From Bugula neritina (taxonomy: Eukaryota; Animalia; Bryozoa): DNA of 64,000 nt. The notes beneath the pieces were generated by a model, which saw only the letters and a list, made by a program, of their open reading frames with translations, made no database searches and was not told where the DNA came from. The translations under genes were made by a program, and so were the position numbers. The first letter of the stretch is position 1. Each line of letters starts with the position of its first letter. Shown piece by piece: positions 14,701 through 32,600 of this stretch. The stretch covers positions 14,951,675 through 15,015,674 of the forward strand of contig OZ037768.1 of NCBI GenBank assembly GCA_964035545.1, given 5' to 3'.

Positions 14701-17239
14701 CTGAAATACACTGCAACACACTGAAGTATACTGTAATATACAGAAATGTACTGTAAAATACTGAAATATACTTCAACACACTGAAAAATACCTAAAAATA
14801 TTGAAACATACTGATATACACTGAAACATACTGAAATACACTGCAACACATTGGAATATACTGCAACATACCGAAATATATGGTAACCTACTGAAGTATG
14901 TTGCAAACTACTGAAATATACTGCAACATACTGAAATACGCCGTAACATACTGAAATACACTGCAACATACTGAAATACACTGTAACATATTGAAATACA
15001 CTGCAACACACTGAAATATACTGAAACATACCGAAATATATGGTAACCTACTGAAATATGTTGCAAACCACTGAAACATACTGCATCATCCTGCAACAAA
15101 ATGAAATATACGGTAACACTGAAGCATACTGCAATTTACTGAAATATACTGTAACATACTAAGACATACTGCAACATACCGAAAAATATGGTAACCTACT
15201 GAAATATGTTACAAACTACTGAAACATACTGCAACATACTGCAACATAATGAAATATACTGCAACATAATGAAATATACTGCAACATACTGAAAGATACT
15301 GCAAGTTACTGCAAAATACTGAAATACATTGTAAGATACCTAAATACACTGCAACATACTGCAACATACTGCAACGTATTGAAATACACTGTAACATATT
15401 GAAAAACACTGCAACACATTGAAATATACTGCAACATACTAAAACATACGGCAACACACTGAAATATACTGCGACACATTGAAATATAGTGCAACATACT
15501 GAAATATGCTGTAGCATACTGAAATACACTGCAATACACTGAAGTATACTGTAATATACAGAAACGTACTGTAACATACTGAAACATACGGCAACATACT
15601 AAAATATACTGCGACACATTGAAACATACTGCAACATACTGAAATACACCAAAACATAATAAACTCCCCTGCAACATTCTGAAATACACTGTAACACATT
15701 GAAATACACTGCAACACAGTGAATTGCACTGAAATACATTGTAAGATACGGAAACACACTGCAACATACTGCAACATAATGAAATATATGGTAACCTACT
15801 GAAATATGTTGAAAACTACTGAAATATACTGCAACATTATGCAACATAATGAAAGATACTGCAATATACTAAATAAACTGCAAGATACTGCAACATACTG
15901 AAATACACTGTAACATACTGAAATACACTGTAACATATTGAAATACACTGCGACATACTGAAATACACTGCCACATACTGCAACATACTGAAAAACGCTG
16001 TAACATATTGAAATACACTGCAACACATTGAAATATTCCGCAACATACCGAGATATATGGTAAGCTAATGAGATATACTGTAACACGTTGAAGTACACTG
16101 CAACATACTGAAATACACTGCAACACACTAAATTATACTGTAATTTACAGAAATGTACTGCAACATACTGAAATATACTGCAAGATACTGCAACATACTG
16201 AAATACACTGTAACATACTGAAAAACATTGCAACATACTGAAATATACTGCATGATACTGCAACATACTGATACACATTGTAAGATACTGAAATGCACTG
16301 CAACATACTGAAATATACTGCATGATACTGCAACATACTCATACACATTGTAAGATACTGAAATACACTGCAACATACCGCAACATACTGCAACGTATTG
16401 AATTACACTGTAACATATTGAAAAACACTGCAACACTTTGAAACATACTGCAACATACTGAAACATACGGCAACATACTGAAATATACTGCGACACAATG
16501 AAATATAGTGCAACATACTGAAATATGCTGTAGCATACTGAAATACACTGCAATACACTGAAGTATACTGTAATATACAGAAACGTACCTTAACATACTG
16601 AAACATACGGCAACATACTACAATATACTGTGACACATTGAAGTATACTGCAACATACTGAAATACACCGTAACATACTGAAATACACTGCAACATACTG
16701 AAATACACTGTAACATATTGAAATACACTGCAACACACTGAAATATACTGAAACATACCGAAATATATGGTAACCTACTGAAATATGTTGCAAACCACTA
16801 AAACATACTGCATCATCCTGCAACAAAATGAAATTTACGGTAACACTGAAGCATACTGCAATATACTGAAATATACTGTAACATACTAAGACATACTGCA
16901 ACATACCGAAAAATATGGTAACCTACTGAAATATGTTACAAACTACTGAAACATACTGCAACATACTGCAACATAATGAAATATACTGCAACAAACTGAA
17001 AGATACTGCAACATACTGAAATACACTATAGAATACCCAAATATACTTCAACATACTGAAATATACTGCAAGATACTGCAAAATACTGAAGTACATTGTA
17101 AGATACCTAAATACACTGCAACATACTGCAACATACTGCAACATATTGAAATACACTGTAACATATTGAAAAACAGTGCAACACATTGAAATATACCGCA
17201 ACATACCGAAGTATATGGTAGCCTACTGAAATATACTGC

Positions 17240-20200
17240 GACATACTGAAATACACTGTAACGTACTGAAATACACTGCAACATACTGAAATACACTGTA
17301 ACAGATTAAAATACACTGCAACACACTGAAATATACTGAAACATACTGAAATATATGGTAACGCACTGAAATCTTTTGCAGACCACTGAAATATACTGCA
17401 ACATACTGCAACATAATGAATAATACTGCAACATACTGAAAAATACTGCAAGATACTGCAACATACTGATAGACATTGTAAGATACTGAAATACACTGCA
17501 ACATACCGCAACATACTGCAACGTATTGAAATACACTGTAACATATTGAAAAACACTGCAACACATTGAAATATACTGCAACATACTGAAACATACGGCA
17601 ACATACTGAAATATACTGCGACACATTGAAATATAGTGCAACATACTGAAATATGCTGTAGCATACTGAAATACACTGCAATACACTGAAATATACTGTA
17701 ATATACAGATTCGAACTGTAACATACTGAAACATACGGCAACATACTAAAATATACTGCAACACATTGAAATATACTGCAACATACTGAAATACACCGTA
17801 ACATACTAAACTCCACTGCAACATTCTGAAATACACTGTAACACATTGAAATACACTGCAACACAGGGAATTATACTGAAATACATTGTAAGATACGGAA
17901 ACACACTGCAACATACTGTAACATAATGAAGTATAAGGTAACCTACTGAAATATGTTGAAAACTACTGAAATATACTGCAACATAATGCAACATAATGAA
18001 AGATACTGCAACATACTGAAATAAACTGCAAGATACTGCAACATACTGAAATACACTGCAACACACTGAAGTATACTGTAATATACAGAAATGTACTGTA
18101 AAATACTGAAATATACTTCAACATACTGAAAAATACCTAAAAATATTGAAACATACTGATATACACTGAAACATACTGAAATACACTGCAACACATTGGA
18201 ATATACTGCAACATACCGAAATATATGGTAACCTACTGAAATATGTTGCAAACCACTAAAACATACTGCATCATCCTGCAACAAAATGAAATTTACGGTA
18301 ACACTGAAGCATACTGCAATATACTGAAATATACTGTAACATACTAAGACATACTGCAACATACCGAAAAATATGGTAACCTACTGAAATATGTTACAAA
18401 CTACTGAAACATACTGCAACATACTGCAACATAATGAAATATACTGCAACAAACTGAAAGATACTGCAACATACTGAAATACACTATAGAATACCCAAAT
18501 ATACTGCAACATACTTAAATATACTGCAAGATACTGCAAAATACTGAAGTACATTGTAAGATACCTAAATACACTGCAACATACTGCAACATACTGCAAC
18601 ATATTGAAATACACTGTAACATATTGAAAAACAGTGCAACACATTGAAATATACCGCAACATACCGAAGTATATGGTAGCCTACTGAAATATACTGCGAC
18701 ATACTGAAATACACTGTAACGTACTGAAATACACTGCAACATACTGAAATACACTGTAACAGATTAAAATTACTGCAACACACTGAAATATACTGAAACA
18801 TGCTGAAATATATGGTAACCCACTGAAATCTGTTGCAGACCACTGAAATATACTGCAACATACTGCAACATAATGAATAATACTGCAACATACTGAAAAA
18901 TACTGCAAGATACTGCAACATACTGATACACATTGTAAGATACTGAAATACACTGCAACATACCGCAACATACTGCAACGTATTGAAATACACTGTAACA
19001 TATTGAAAAACACTGCAACACATTGAAATATACTGCAACATACTGAAACATACGGCAACATACTGAAATATACTGCGACACATTGAAATATAGTGCAACA
19101 TACTGAATTATGCTGTAGCATACTGAAATACACTGCAATACACTGAAATATACTGTAATATACAGATTTGTACTGTAACATACTGAAACATACGGCAACA
19201 TATAAAAATATACTGCGACACATTGAAATATACTGCAACATACTGAAATACACCGTAACATACTAAACTCCACTGCAACATTCCGAAATACACTGTAACA
19301 CATTGAAATACACTGCAACACAGGGACTTATACTGAAATACATTGTAAGATACGGAAACACACTGCAACATACTGTAACATAATGAAATATAAGGTAACC
19401 TACTGAAATATGTTGAAAACTACTGAAATATACTGCAACATAATGCAACATAATGAAAGATACTGCAACATACTGAAATAAACTGCAAGATACTGCAACA
19501 TATTGAAATGCACTGCAACACACTGAAGTATACTGTAATATACAGAAATGTACTGTAAAATACTGAAATATACTTCAACATACTGAAAAAAACCTAAAAA
19601 TATTGAAACATACTGATATACACTGAAACATACTGAAATACACTGCAACACATTGGAATATACTGCAACATACCGAAATATATGGTAACCTACTGAAGTA
19701 TGTTGCAAACTACTGAAATATACTGCAACATACTGAAATACGCCGTAACATACTGAAATACACTGCAACATACTGAAATACACTGTAACATATTGAAATA
19801 CACTGCAACACACTGAAATATACTGAAACATACCGAAATATATGGTAACCTACTGAAATATGTTGCAAACCACTGAAACATACTGCATCATCCTGCAACA
19901 AAATGAAATATACGGTAACACTGAAGCATACTGCAATTTACTGAAAAATACTGTAACATACTAAGACATACTGCAACATACCGAAAAATATGGTAACCTA
20001 CTGAAATATGTTACAAACTACTGAAACATACTGCAACATACTGCAACATAATGAAATATACTGCAACATAATGAAATATACTGCAACATACTGAAAGATA
20101 CTGCAAGTTACTGCAAAATACTGAAATACATTGTAAGATACCTAAATACACTGCAACATACTGCAACATACTGCAACGTATTGAAATACACTGTAACATA

Positions 20201-23200
20201 TTGAAAAACACTGCAACACATTGAAATATACTGCAACATACTAAAACATACGGCAACATACTGAAATATACTGCGACACATTGAAATATAGTGCAACATA
20301 CTGAAATATGCTGTAGCATACTGAAATACACTGCAATACACTGAAGTATACTGTAATATACAGAAACGTACTGTAACATACTGAAACATACGGCAACATA
20401 CTAAAATATACTGCGACACATTGAAACATACTGCAACATACTGAAATACACCAAAACATACTAAACTCCCCTGCAACATTCTGAAATACACTGTAACACA
20501 TTGAAATACACTGCAACACAGTGAATTGCACTGAAATACATTGTAAGATACGGAAACACACTGCAACATACTGCAACATAATGAAATATATGGTAACCTA
20601 CTGAAATATGTTGAAAACTACTGGAATATACTGCAACATTATGCAACATAATGAAAGATACTGCAATATACTGAAATAAACTGCAAGATACTGCAACATA
20701 CTGAAATACACTGTAACATACTGAAATACACTGTAACATATTGAAATACACTGCGACATACTGAAATACACTGCGACATACTGCAACATACTGAAAAACG
20801 CTGTAACATATTGAAATACACTGCAACACATTGAAATATTCCGCAACATACCGAGATATATGGTAAGCTAATGAGATATACTGTAACACGTTGAAGTACA
20901 CTGCAACATACTGAAATACACTGCAACACACTAAATTATACTGTAATTTACAGAAATGTACTGCAACATACTGAAATATACCGCAAGATACTGCAACATA
21001 CTGAAATACACTGTAACATACTGAAATACACTGCAACATACTGAAATATACTGCATGATACTGCAACATACTGATACACATTGTAAGATACTGAAATGCA
21101 CTGCAACATACTGAAATATACTGCATGATACTGCAACATACTCATACACATTGTAAGATATTGAAATACACTGCAACATACCGCAACATACTGCAACGTA
21201 TTGAATTACACTGTAACATATTGAAAAACACTGCAACACATTGAAACATACTGCAACATACTGAAACATACGGCAACATACTGAAATATACTGCGACACA
21301 TTGAAATATAGTGCAACATACTGAAATATGCTGTAGCATACTGAAATACACTGCAATACACTGAAGTATACTGTAATATACAGAAACGTACTGTAACATA
21401 CTGAAACATACGGCAACATACTACAATATACTGTGACACATTGAAGTATACTGCAACATACTGAAATACACCGTAACATACTGAAATACACTGCAACATA
21501 CTGAAATACACTGTAACATATTGAAATACACTGCAACACACTGAAATATACTGAAACATACCGAAATATATGGTAACCTACTGAAATATGTTGCAAACCA
21601 CTGAAACATACTGCATCATCCTGCAACAAAATGAAATTTACGGTAACAATGAAGCATACTGCAATATACTGAAATATACTGTAACATACTAAGACATACT
21701 GCAACATACCGAAAAATATGGTAACCTACTGAAATATGTTACAAACTACTGAAACATACTGCAACATACTGCAACATAATGAAATATACTGCAACAAACT
21801 GAAAGATACTGCAACATACTGAAATACACTATAGAATACCCAAATATACTGCAACATACTGAAATATACTGCAAGATACTGCAAAATACTGAAGTACATT
21901 GTAAGATACCTAAATACACTGCAACATACTGCAACATACTGCAACATATTGAAATACACTGTAACATATTGAAAAACAGTGCAACACATTGAAATATACC
22001 GCAACATACCGAAGTATATGGTAGCCTACTGAAATATACTGCGACATACTGAAATACACTGTAACGTACTGAAATACACTGCAACATACTGAAATACACT
22101 GTAACAGATTAAAATACACTGCAACACACTGAAATATACTGAAACATACTGAGATATATGGTAACCCACTGAAATCTGTTGCAGACCACTGAAATATACT
22201 GCAACATACTGCAACATAATGAATAATACTGCAACATACTGAAAAATACTGCAAGATACTGCAACATACTGATACACATTGTAAGATACTGAAATACACT
22301 GCAACATACCGCAACATACTGCAACGTGTTGAAATACACTGTAACATATTGAAAAACACTGCAACACATTGAAATATACTGCAACATACTGAAACATACG
22401 GCAACATACTGAAATATACTGCGACACATTGAAATATAGTGCAACATACTGAAATATGCTGTAGCATACTGAAATACACTGCAATACACCGAAAAATACT
22501 GTAATATACGGATTCGTACTGTAACATACTGAAACATACGGCAACATACTAAAATATACTGCGACACATTGAAATATACTGCAACATCCTGAAATACACC
22601 GTAACATACTAAACTCCACTGCAACATTCTGAAATACACTGTAACACATTGAAATACACTGCAACACAGGGAATTATACTGAAATACATTGTAAGATACG
22701 GAAACACACTGCAACATACTGTAACATAATGAAATATAAGGTAACCTACTGAAATATGTTGAAAACTACTGAAATATACTGCAACATAATGCAACATAAT
22801 GAAAGATACTGCAACATACTGAAATAAACTGCAAGATACTGCAACATACTGAAATACACTGCAACACACTGAAGTATACTGTAATATACAGAAATGTACT
22901 GTAAAATACTGAAATATACTTCAACATACTGAAAAATACCTAAAAATATTGAAACATACTGATATACACTGAAACATACTGAAATACACTGCAACACATT
23001 GGAATATACTGCAACATACCGAAATATATGGTAACCTACTGAAGTATGTTGCAAACTACTGAAATATACTGCAACATACTGAAATACGCCGTAACATACC
23101 GAAATACACTGCAACATACTGAAACACACTGTAACATATTGAAATACACTGCAACACACTGAAATATACTGAAACATACCGAATTATATGGTAACCTACT

Positions 23201-26200
23201 GAAATATGTTGCAAACCACTGAAACATACTGCATCATCCTGCAACAAAATGAAATATACGGTAACACTGAAGCATACTGCAATTTACTGAAATATACTGT
23301 AACATACTAAGACATACTGCAACATACCGAAAAATATGGTAACCTACTGAAATATGTTACAAACTACTGAAACATACTGCAACATACTGCAACATAATGA
23401 AATATACTGCAACATAATGAAATATACTGCAACATACTGAAAGATACTGCAAGTTACTGCAAAATACTGAAATACATTGTAAAATACCTAAATACACTGC
23501 AACATACTGCAACATACTGCAACGTATTGAAATACACTGTAACATATTGAAAAACACTGCAACACATTGAAATATACTGCAACATACTAAAACATACGGC
23601 AACATACTGAAATATACTGCGACACATTGAAATATAGTGCAACATACGGAAATATGCTGTAGCATACTGAAATACACTGCAATACACTGAAGTATACTGT
23701 AATATACAGAAACGTACTGTAACATACTGAAACATACGGCAACATACTAAAATATACTGCGACACATTGAAACATACTGCAACATACTGAAATACACCAA
23801 AACATACTAAACTCCCCTGCAACATACTGAAATACACTGTAACGTACTGAAATACACTGCAACATACTGAAATACACTGTAACAGATTAAAATACACTGC
23901 AACACACTGAAATATACTGAAACATACTGAAATATATGGTAACGCACTGAAATCTTTTGCAGACCACTGAAATATACTGCAACATACTGCAACATAATGA
24001 ATAATACTGCAACATACTGAAAAATACTGCAAGATACTGCAACATACTGATAGACATTGTAAGATACTGAAATACACTGCAACATACCGCAACATACTGC
24101 AACGTATTGAAATACACTGTAACATATTGAAAAACACTGCAACACATTGAAATATACTGCAACATACTGAAACATACGGCAACATACTGAAATATACTGC
24201 GACACATTGAAATATAGTGCAACATACTGAAATATGCTGTAGCATACTGAAATACACTGCAATACACTGAAATATACTGTAATATACAGATTCGAACTGT
24301 AACATACTGAAACATACGGCAACATACTAAAATATACTGCGACACATTGAAATATACTGCAACATACTGAAATACACCGTAACATACTAAACTCCACTGC
24401 AACATTCTGAAATACACTGTAACACATTGAAATACACTGCAACACAGGGAATTATACTGAAATACATTGTAAGATACGGAAACACACTGCAACATACTGT
24501 AACATAATGAAGTATAAGGTAACCTACTGAAATATGTTGAAAACTACTGGAATATACTGCAACATAATGCAACATAATGAAAGATACTGCAACATACTGA
24601 AATAAACTGCAAGATACTGCAACATACTGAAATACACTGCAACACACTGAAGTATACTGTAATATACAGAAATGTACTGTAAAATACTGAAATATACTTC
24701 AACATACTGAAAAATACCTAAAAATATTGAAACATACTGATATACACTGAAACATACTGAAATACACTGCAACACATTGGAATATACTGCAACATACCGA
24801 AATATATGGTAACCTACTGAAATATGTTGCAAACCACTAAAACATACTGCATCATCCTGCAACAAAATGAAATTTACGGTAACACTGAAGCATACTGCAA
24901 TATACTGAAATATACTGTAACATACTAAGACATACTGCAACATACCGAAAAATATGGTAACCTACTGAAATATGTTACAAACTACTGAAACATACTGCAA
25001 CATACTGCAACATAATGAAATATACTGCAACAAACTGAAAGATACTGCAACATACTGAAATACACTATAGAATACCCAAATATACTGCAACATACTGAAA
25101 TATACTGCAAGATACTGCAAAATACTGAAGTACATTGTAAGATACCTAAATACACTGCAACATACTGCAACATACTGCAACATATTGAAATACACTGTAA
25201 CATATTGAAAAACAGTGCAACACATTGAAATATACCGCAACATACCGAAGTATATGGTAGCCTACTGAAATATACTGCGACATACTGAAATACACTGTAA
25301 CGTACTGAAATACACTGCAACATACTGAAATACACTGTAACAGATTAAAATATACTGCAACACACTGAAATATACTGAAACATGCTGAAATATATGGTAA
25401 CCCACTGAAATCTGTTGCAGACCACTGAAATATACTGCAACATACTGCAACATAATGAATAATACTGCAACATACTGAAAAATACTGCAAGATACTGCAA
25501 CATACTGATACACATTGTAAGATACTGAAATACACTGCAACATACCGCAACATACTGCAACGTATTGAAATACACTGTAACATATTGAAAAACACTGCAA
25601 CACATTGAAATATACTGCAACATACTGAAACATACGGCAACATACTGAAATATACTGCGACACATTGAAATATAGTGCAACATACTGAAATATGCTGTAG
25701 CATACTGAAATACACTGCAATACACTGAAATATACTGTAATATACAGATTCGTACTGTAACATACTGAAACATACGGCAACATATTAAAATATACTGCGA
25801 CACATTGAAATATACTGCAACATACTGAAATACACCGTAACATACTAAACTCCACTGCAACATTCCGAAATACACTGTAACACATTGAAATACACTGCAA
25901 CACAGGGACTTATACTGAAATACATTGTAAGATACGGAAACACACTGCAACATACTGTAACATAATGAAATATAAGGTAACCTACTGAAATATGTTGAAA
26001 ACTACTGAAATATACTGCAACATAATGCAACATAATGAAAGATACTGCAACATACTGAAATAAACTGCAAGATACTGCAACATACTGAAATGCACTGCAA
26101 CACACTGAAGTATACTGTAATATACAGAAACGTACTGTAAAATACTGAAATATACTTCAACATACTGAAAAAAACCTAAAAATATTGAAACATACTGATA

Positions 26201-29200
26201 TACACTGAAACATACTGAAATACACTGCAACACATTGGAATATACTGCAACATACCGAAATATATGGTAACCTACTGAAGTATGTTGCAAACTACTGAAA
26301 TATACTGCAACATACTGAAATACGCCGTAACATACTGAAATACACTGCAACATACTGAAATACACTGTAACATATTGAAATACACTGCAACACACTGAAA
26401 TATACTGAAACATACCGAAATATATGGTAACCTACTGAAATATGTTGCAAACCACTGAAACATACTGCATCATCCTGCAACAAAATGAAATATACGGTAA
26501 CACTGAAGCATACTGCAATTTACTGAAAAATACTGTAACATACTAAGACATACTGCAACATACCGAAAAATATGGTAACCTACTGAAATATGTTACAAAC
26601 TACTGAAACATACTGCAACATACTGCAACATAATGAAATATACTGCAACATAATGAAATATACTGCAACATACTGAAAGATACTGCAAGTTACTGCAAAA
26701 TACTGAAATACATTGTAAGATACCTAAATACACTGCAACATACTGCAACATACTGCAACGTATTGAAATACACTGTAACATATTGAAAAACACTGCAACA
26801 CATTGAAATATACTGCAACATACTAAAACATACGGCAACATACTGAAATATACTGCGACACATTGAAATATAGTGCAACATACTGAAATATGCTGTAGCA
26901 TACTGAAATACACTGCAATACACTGAAGTATACTGTAATATACAGAAACGTACTGTAACATACTGAAACATACGGCAACATACTAGAATATACTGCGACA
27001 CATTGAAACATACTGCAACATACTGAAATACACCAAAACATACTAAACTCCCCTGCAACATTCTGAAATACACTGTAACACATTGAAATACACTGCAACA
27101 CAGTGAATTGCACTGAAATACATTGTAAGATACGGAAACACACTGCAACATACTGCAACATAATGAAATATATGGTAACCTACTGAAATATGTTGAAAAC
27201 TACTGGAATATACTGCAACATTATGCAACATAATGAAAGATACTGCAATATACTGAAATAAACTGCAAGATACTGCAACATACTGAAATACACTGTAACA
27301 TACTGAAATACACTGTAACATATTGAAATACACTGCGACATACTGAAATACACTGCGACATACTGCAACATACTGAAAAACGCTGTAACATATTGAAATA
27401 CACTGCAACACATTGAAATATTCCGCAACATACCGAGATATATGGTAAGCTAATGAGATATACTGTAACACGTTGAAGTACACTGCAACATACTGAAATA
27501 CACTGCAACACACTAAATTATACTGTAATTTACAGAAATGTACTGCAACATACTGAAATATACCGCAAGATACTGCAACATACTGAAATACACTGTAACA
27601 TACTGAAATACACTGCAACATACTGAAATATACTGCATGATACTGCAACATACTGATACACATTGTAAGATACTGAAATGCACTGCAACATACTGAAATA
27701 TACTGCATGATACTGCAACATACTCATACACATTGTAAGATACTGAAATACACTGCAACATACCGCAACATACTGCAACGTATTGAATTACACTGTAACA
27801 TATTGAAAAACACTGCAACACATTGAAACATACTGCAACATACTGAAACATACGGCAACATACTGAAATATACTGCGACACATTGAAATATAGTGCAACA
27901 TACTGAAATATGCTGTAGCATACTGAAATACACTGCAATACACTGAAGTATACTGTAATATACAGAAACGTACTGTAACATACTGAAACATACGGCAACA
28001 TACTACAATATACTGTGACACATTGAAGTATACTGCAACATACTGAAATACACCGTAACATACTGAAATACACTGCAACATACTGAAATACACTGTAACA
28101 TATTGAAATACACTGCAACACACTGAAATATACTGAAACATACCGAAATATATGGTAACCTACTGAAATATGTTGCAAACCACTGAAACATACTGCATCA
28201 TCCTGCAACAAAATGAAATTTACGGTAACAATGAAGCATACTGCAATATACTGAAATATACTGTAACATACTAAGACATACTGCAACATACCGAAAAATA
28301 TGGTAACCTACTGAAATATGTTACAAACTACTGAAACATACTGCAACATACTGCAACATAATGAAATATACTGCAACAAACTGAAAGATACTGCAACATA
28401 CTGAAATACACTATAGAATACCCAAATATACTGCAACATACTGAAATATACTGCAAGATACTGCAAAATACTGAAGTACATTGTAAGATACCTAAATACA
28501 CTGCAACATACTGCAACATACTGCAACATATTGAAATACACTGTAACATATTGAAAAACAGTGCAACACATTGAAATATACCGCAACATACCGAAGTATA
28601 TGGTAGCCTACTAAAATATACTGCGACATACTGAAATACACTGTAACGTACTGAAATACACTGCAACATACTGAAATACACTGTAACAGATTAAAATACA
28701 CTGCAACACACTGAAATATACTGAAACATACTGAGATATATGGTAACCCACTGAAATCTGTTGCAGACCACTGAAATATACTGCAACATACTGCAACATA
28801 ATGAATAATACTGCAACATACTGAAAAATACTGCAAGATACTGCAACATACTGATACACATTGTAAGATACTGAAATACACTGCAACATACCGCAACATA
28901 CTGCAACGTGTTGAAATACACTGTAACATATTGAAAAACACTGCAACACATTGAAATATACTGCAACATACTGAAACATACGGCAACATACTGAAATATA
29001 CTGCGACACATTGAAATATAGTGCAACATACTGAAATATGCTGTAGCATACTGAAATACACTGCAATACACCGAAATATACTGTAATATACGGATTCGTA
29101 CTGTAACATACTGAAACATACGGCAACATACTAAAATATACTGCGACACATTGAAATATACTGCAACATCCTGAAATACACCGTAACATACTAAACTCCA

Positions 29201-29620
29201 CTGCAACATTCTGAAATACACTGTAACACATTGAAATACACTGCAACACAGGGAATTATACTGAAATACATTGTAAGATACGGAAACACACTGCAACATA
29301 CTGTAACATAATGAAATATAAGGTAACCTACTGAAATATGTTGAAAACTACTGAAATATACTGCAACATAATGCAACATAATGAAAGATACTGCAACATA
29401 CTGAAATAAACTGCAAGATACTGCAACATACTGAAATACACTGCAACACACTGAAGTATACTGTAATATACAGAAATGTACTGTAAAATACTGAAATATA
29501 CTTCAACATACTGAAAAATACCTAAAAATATTGAAACATACTGATATACACTGAAACATACTGAAATACACTGCAACACATTGGAATATACTGCAACATA
29601 CCGAAATATATGGTAACCTA
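17240..29620 (+). repeat. Higher-order duplication, period 6581-6582 bp; the second copy starts at a chimeric junction near 23820 and is interrupted by the 4804-bp duplication
   Basis: Offsets are 18381/24962, 20011/26593 and 21726/28308. Shared private variants include ACGCACTGAAATCTTTTGC (17361/23942), TAGACATT (17470/24051) and TTCGAACTG (17710/24291). The tail of the first copy reappears at offset 11386 = 6582+4804 (23357/34743). Confidence 0.9.
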
Positions 29621-32600
29621 CTGAAATATGTTGCAAACCACTAAAACATACTGCATCATCCTGCAACAAAATGAAATTTACGGTAACACTGAAGCATACT
29701 GCAATATACTGAAATATACTGTAACATACTAAGACATACTGCAACATACCGAAAAATATGGTAACCTACTGAAATATGTTACAAACTACTGAAACATACT
29801 GCAACATACTGCAACATAATGAAATATACTGCAACAAACTGAAAGATACTGCAACATACTGAAATACACTATAGAATACCCAAATATACTGCAACATACT
29901 GAAATATACTGCAAGATACTGCAAAATACTGAAGTACATTGTAAGATACCTAAATACACTGCAACATACTGCAACATACTGCAACATATTGAAATACACT
30001 GTAACATATTGAAAAACAGTGCAACACATTGAAATATACCGCAACATACCGAAGTATATGGTAGCCTACTGAAATATACTGCGACATACTGAAATACACT
30101 GTAACGTACTGAAATACACTGCAACATACTGAAATACACTGTAACAGATTAAAATATACTGCAACACACTGAAATATACTGAAACATGCTGAAATATATG
30201 GTAACCCACTGAAATCTGTTGCAGACCACTGAAATATACTGCAACATACTGCAACATAATGAATAATACTGCAACATACTGAAAAATACTGCAAGATACT
30301 GCAACATACTGATACACATTGTAAGATACTGAAATACACTGCAACATACTGCAACATACTGCAACGTATTGAAATACACTGTAACATATTGAAAAACACT
30401 GCAACACATTGAAATATACTGCAACATACTGAAACATACGGCAACATACTGAAATATACTGCGACACATTGAAATATAGTGCAACATACTGAAATATGCT
30501 GTAGCATACTGAAATACACTGCAATACACTGAAATATACTGTAATATACAGATTCGTACTGTAACATACTGAAACATACGGCAACATATTAAAATATACT
30601 GCGACACATTGAAATATACTGCAACATACTGAAATACACCGTAACATACTAAACTCCACTGCAACATTCCGAAATACACTGTAACACATTGAAATACACT
30701 GCAACACAGGGACTTATACTGAAATACATTGTAAGATACGGAAACACACTGCAACATACTGTAACATAATGAAATATAAGGTAACCTACTGAAATATGTT
30801 GAAAACTACTGAAATATACTGCAACATAATGCAACATAATGAAAGATACTGCAACATACTGAAATAAACTGCAAGATACTGCAACATACTGAAATGCACT
30901 GCAACACACTGAAGTATACTGTAATATACAGAAACGTACTGTAAAATACTGAAATATACTTCAACATACTGAAAAAAACCTAAAAATATTGAAACATACT
31001 GATATACACTGAAACATACTGAAATACACTGCAACACATTGGAATATACTGCAACATACCGAAATATATGGTAACCTACTGAAGTATGTTGCAAACTACT
31101 GAAATATACTGCAACATACTGAAATACGCCGTAACATACTGAAATACACTGCAACATACTGAAATACACTGTAACATATTGAAATACACTGCAACACACT
31201 GAAATATACTGAAACATACCGAAATATATGGTAACCTACTGAAATATGTTGCAAACCACTGAAACATACTGCATCATCCTGCAACAAAATGAAATATACG
31301 GTAACACTGAAGCATACTGCAATTTACTGAAAAATACTGTAACATACTAAGACATACTGCAACATACCGAAAAATATGGTAACCTACTGAAATATGTTAC
31401 AAACTACTGAAACATACTGCAACATACTGCAACATAATGAAATATACTGCAACATAATGAAATATACTGCAACATACTGAAAGATACTGCAAGTTACTGC
31501 AAAATACTGAAATACATTGTAAGATACCTAAATACACTGCAACATACTGCAACATACTGCAACGTATTGAAATACACTGTAACATATTGAAAAACACTGC
31601 AACACATTGAAATATACTGCAACATACTAAAACATACGGCAACATACTGAAATATACTGCGACACATTGAAATATAGTGCAACATACTGAAATATGCTGT
31701 AGCATACTGAAATACACTGCAATACACTGAAGTATACTGTAATATACAGAAACGTACTGTAACATACTGAAACATACGGCAACATACTAAAATATACTGC
31801 GACACATTGAAACATACTGCAACATACTGAAATACACCAAAACATACTAAACTCCCCTGCAACATTCTGAAATACACTGTAACACATTGAAATACACTGC
31901 AACACAGTGAATTGCACTGAAATACATTGTAAGATACGGAAACACACTGCAACATACTGCAACATAATGAAATATATGGTAACCTACTGAAATATGTTGA
32001 AAACTACTGGAATATACTGCAACATTATGCAACATAATGAAAGATACTGCAATATACTGAAATAAACTGCAAGATACTGCAACATACTGAAATACACTGT
32101 AACATACTGAAATACACTGTAACATATTGAAATACACTGGGACATACTGAAATACACTGCGACATACTGCAACATACTGAAAAACGCTGTAACATATTGA
32201 AATACACTGCAACACATTGAAATATTCCGCAACATACCGAGATATATGGTAAGCTAATGAGATATACTGTAACACGTTGAAGTACACTGCAACATACTGA
32301 AATACACTGCAACACACTAAATTATACTGTAATTTACAGAAATGTACTGCAACATACTGAAATATACCGCAAGATACTGCAACATACTGAAATACACTGT
32401 AACATACTGAAATACACTGCAACATACTGAAATATACTGCATGATACTGCAACATACTGATACACATTGTAAGATACTGAAATGCACTGCAACATACTGA
32501 AATATACTGCATGATACTGCAACATACTCATACACATTGTAAGATACTGAAATACACTGCAACATACCGCAACATACTGCAACGTATTGAATTACACTGT

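Noticed and set aside
1489-18771. Singleton 1-bp deletions at about 1490, 15871 and 18771
   Set aside because: Each is absent from all paralogous copies and cannot be distinguished from sequencing or consensus error without reads. They were used only for phase bookkeeping.
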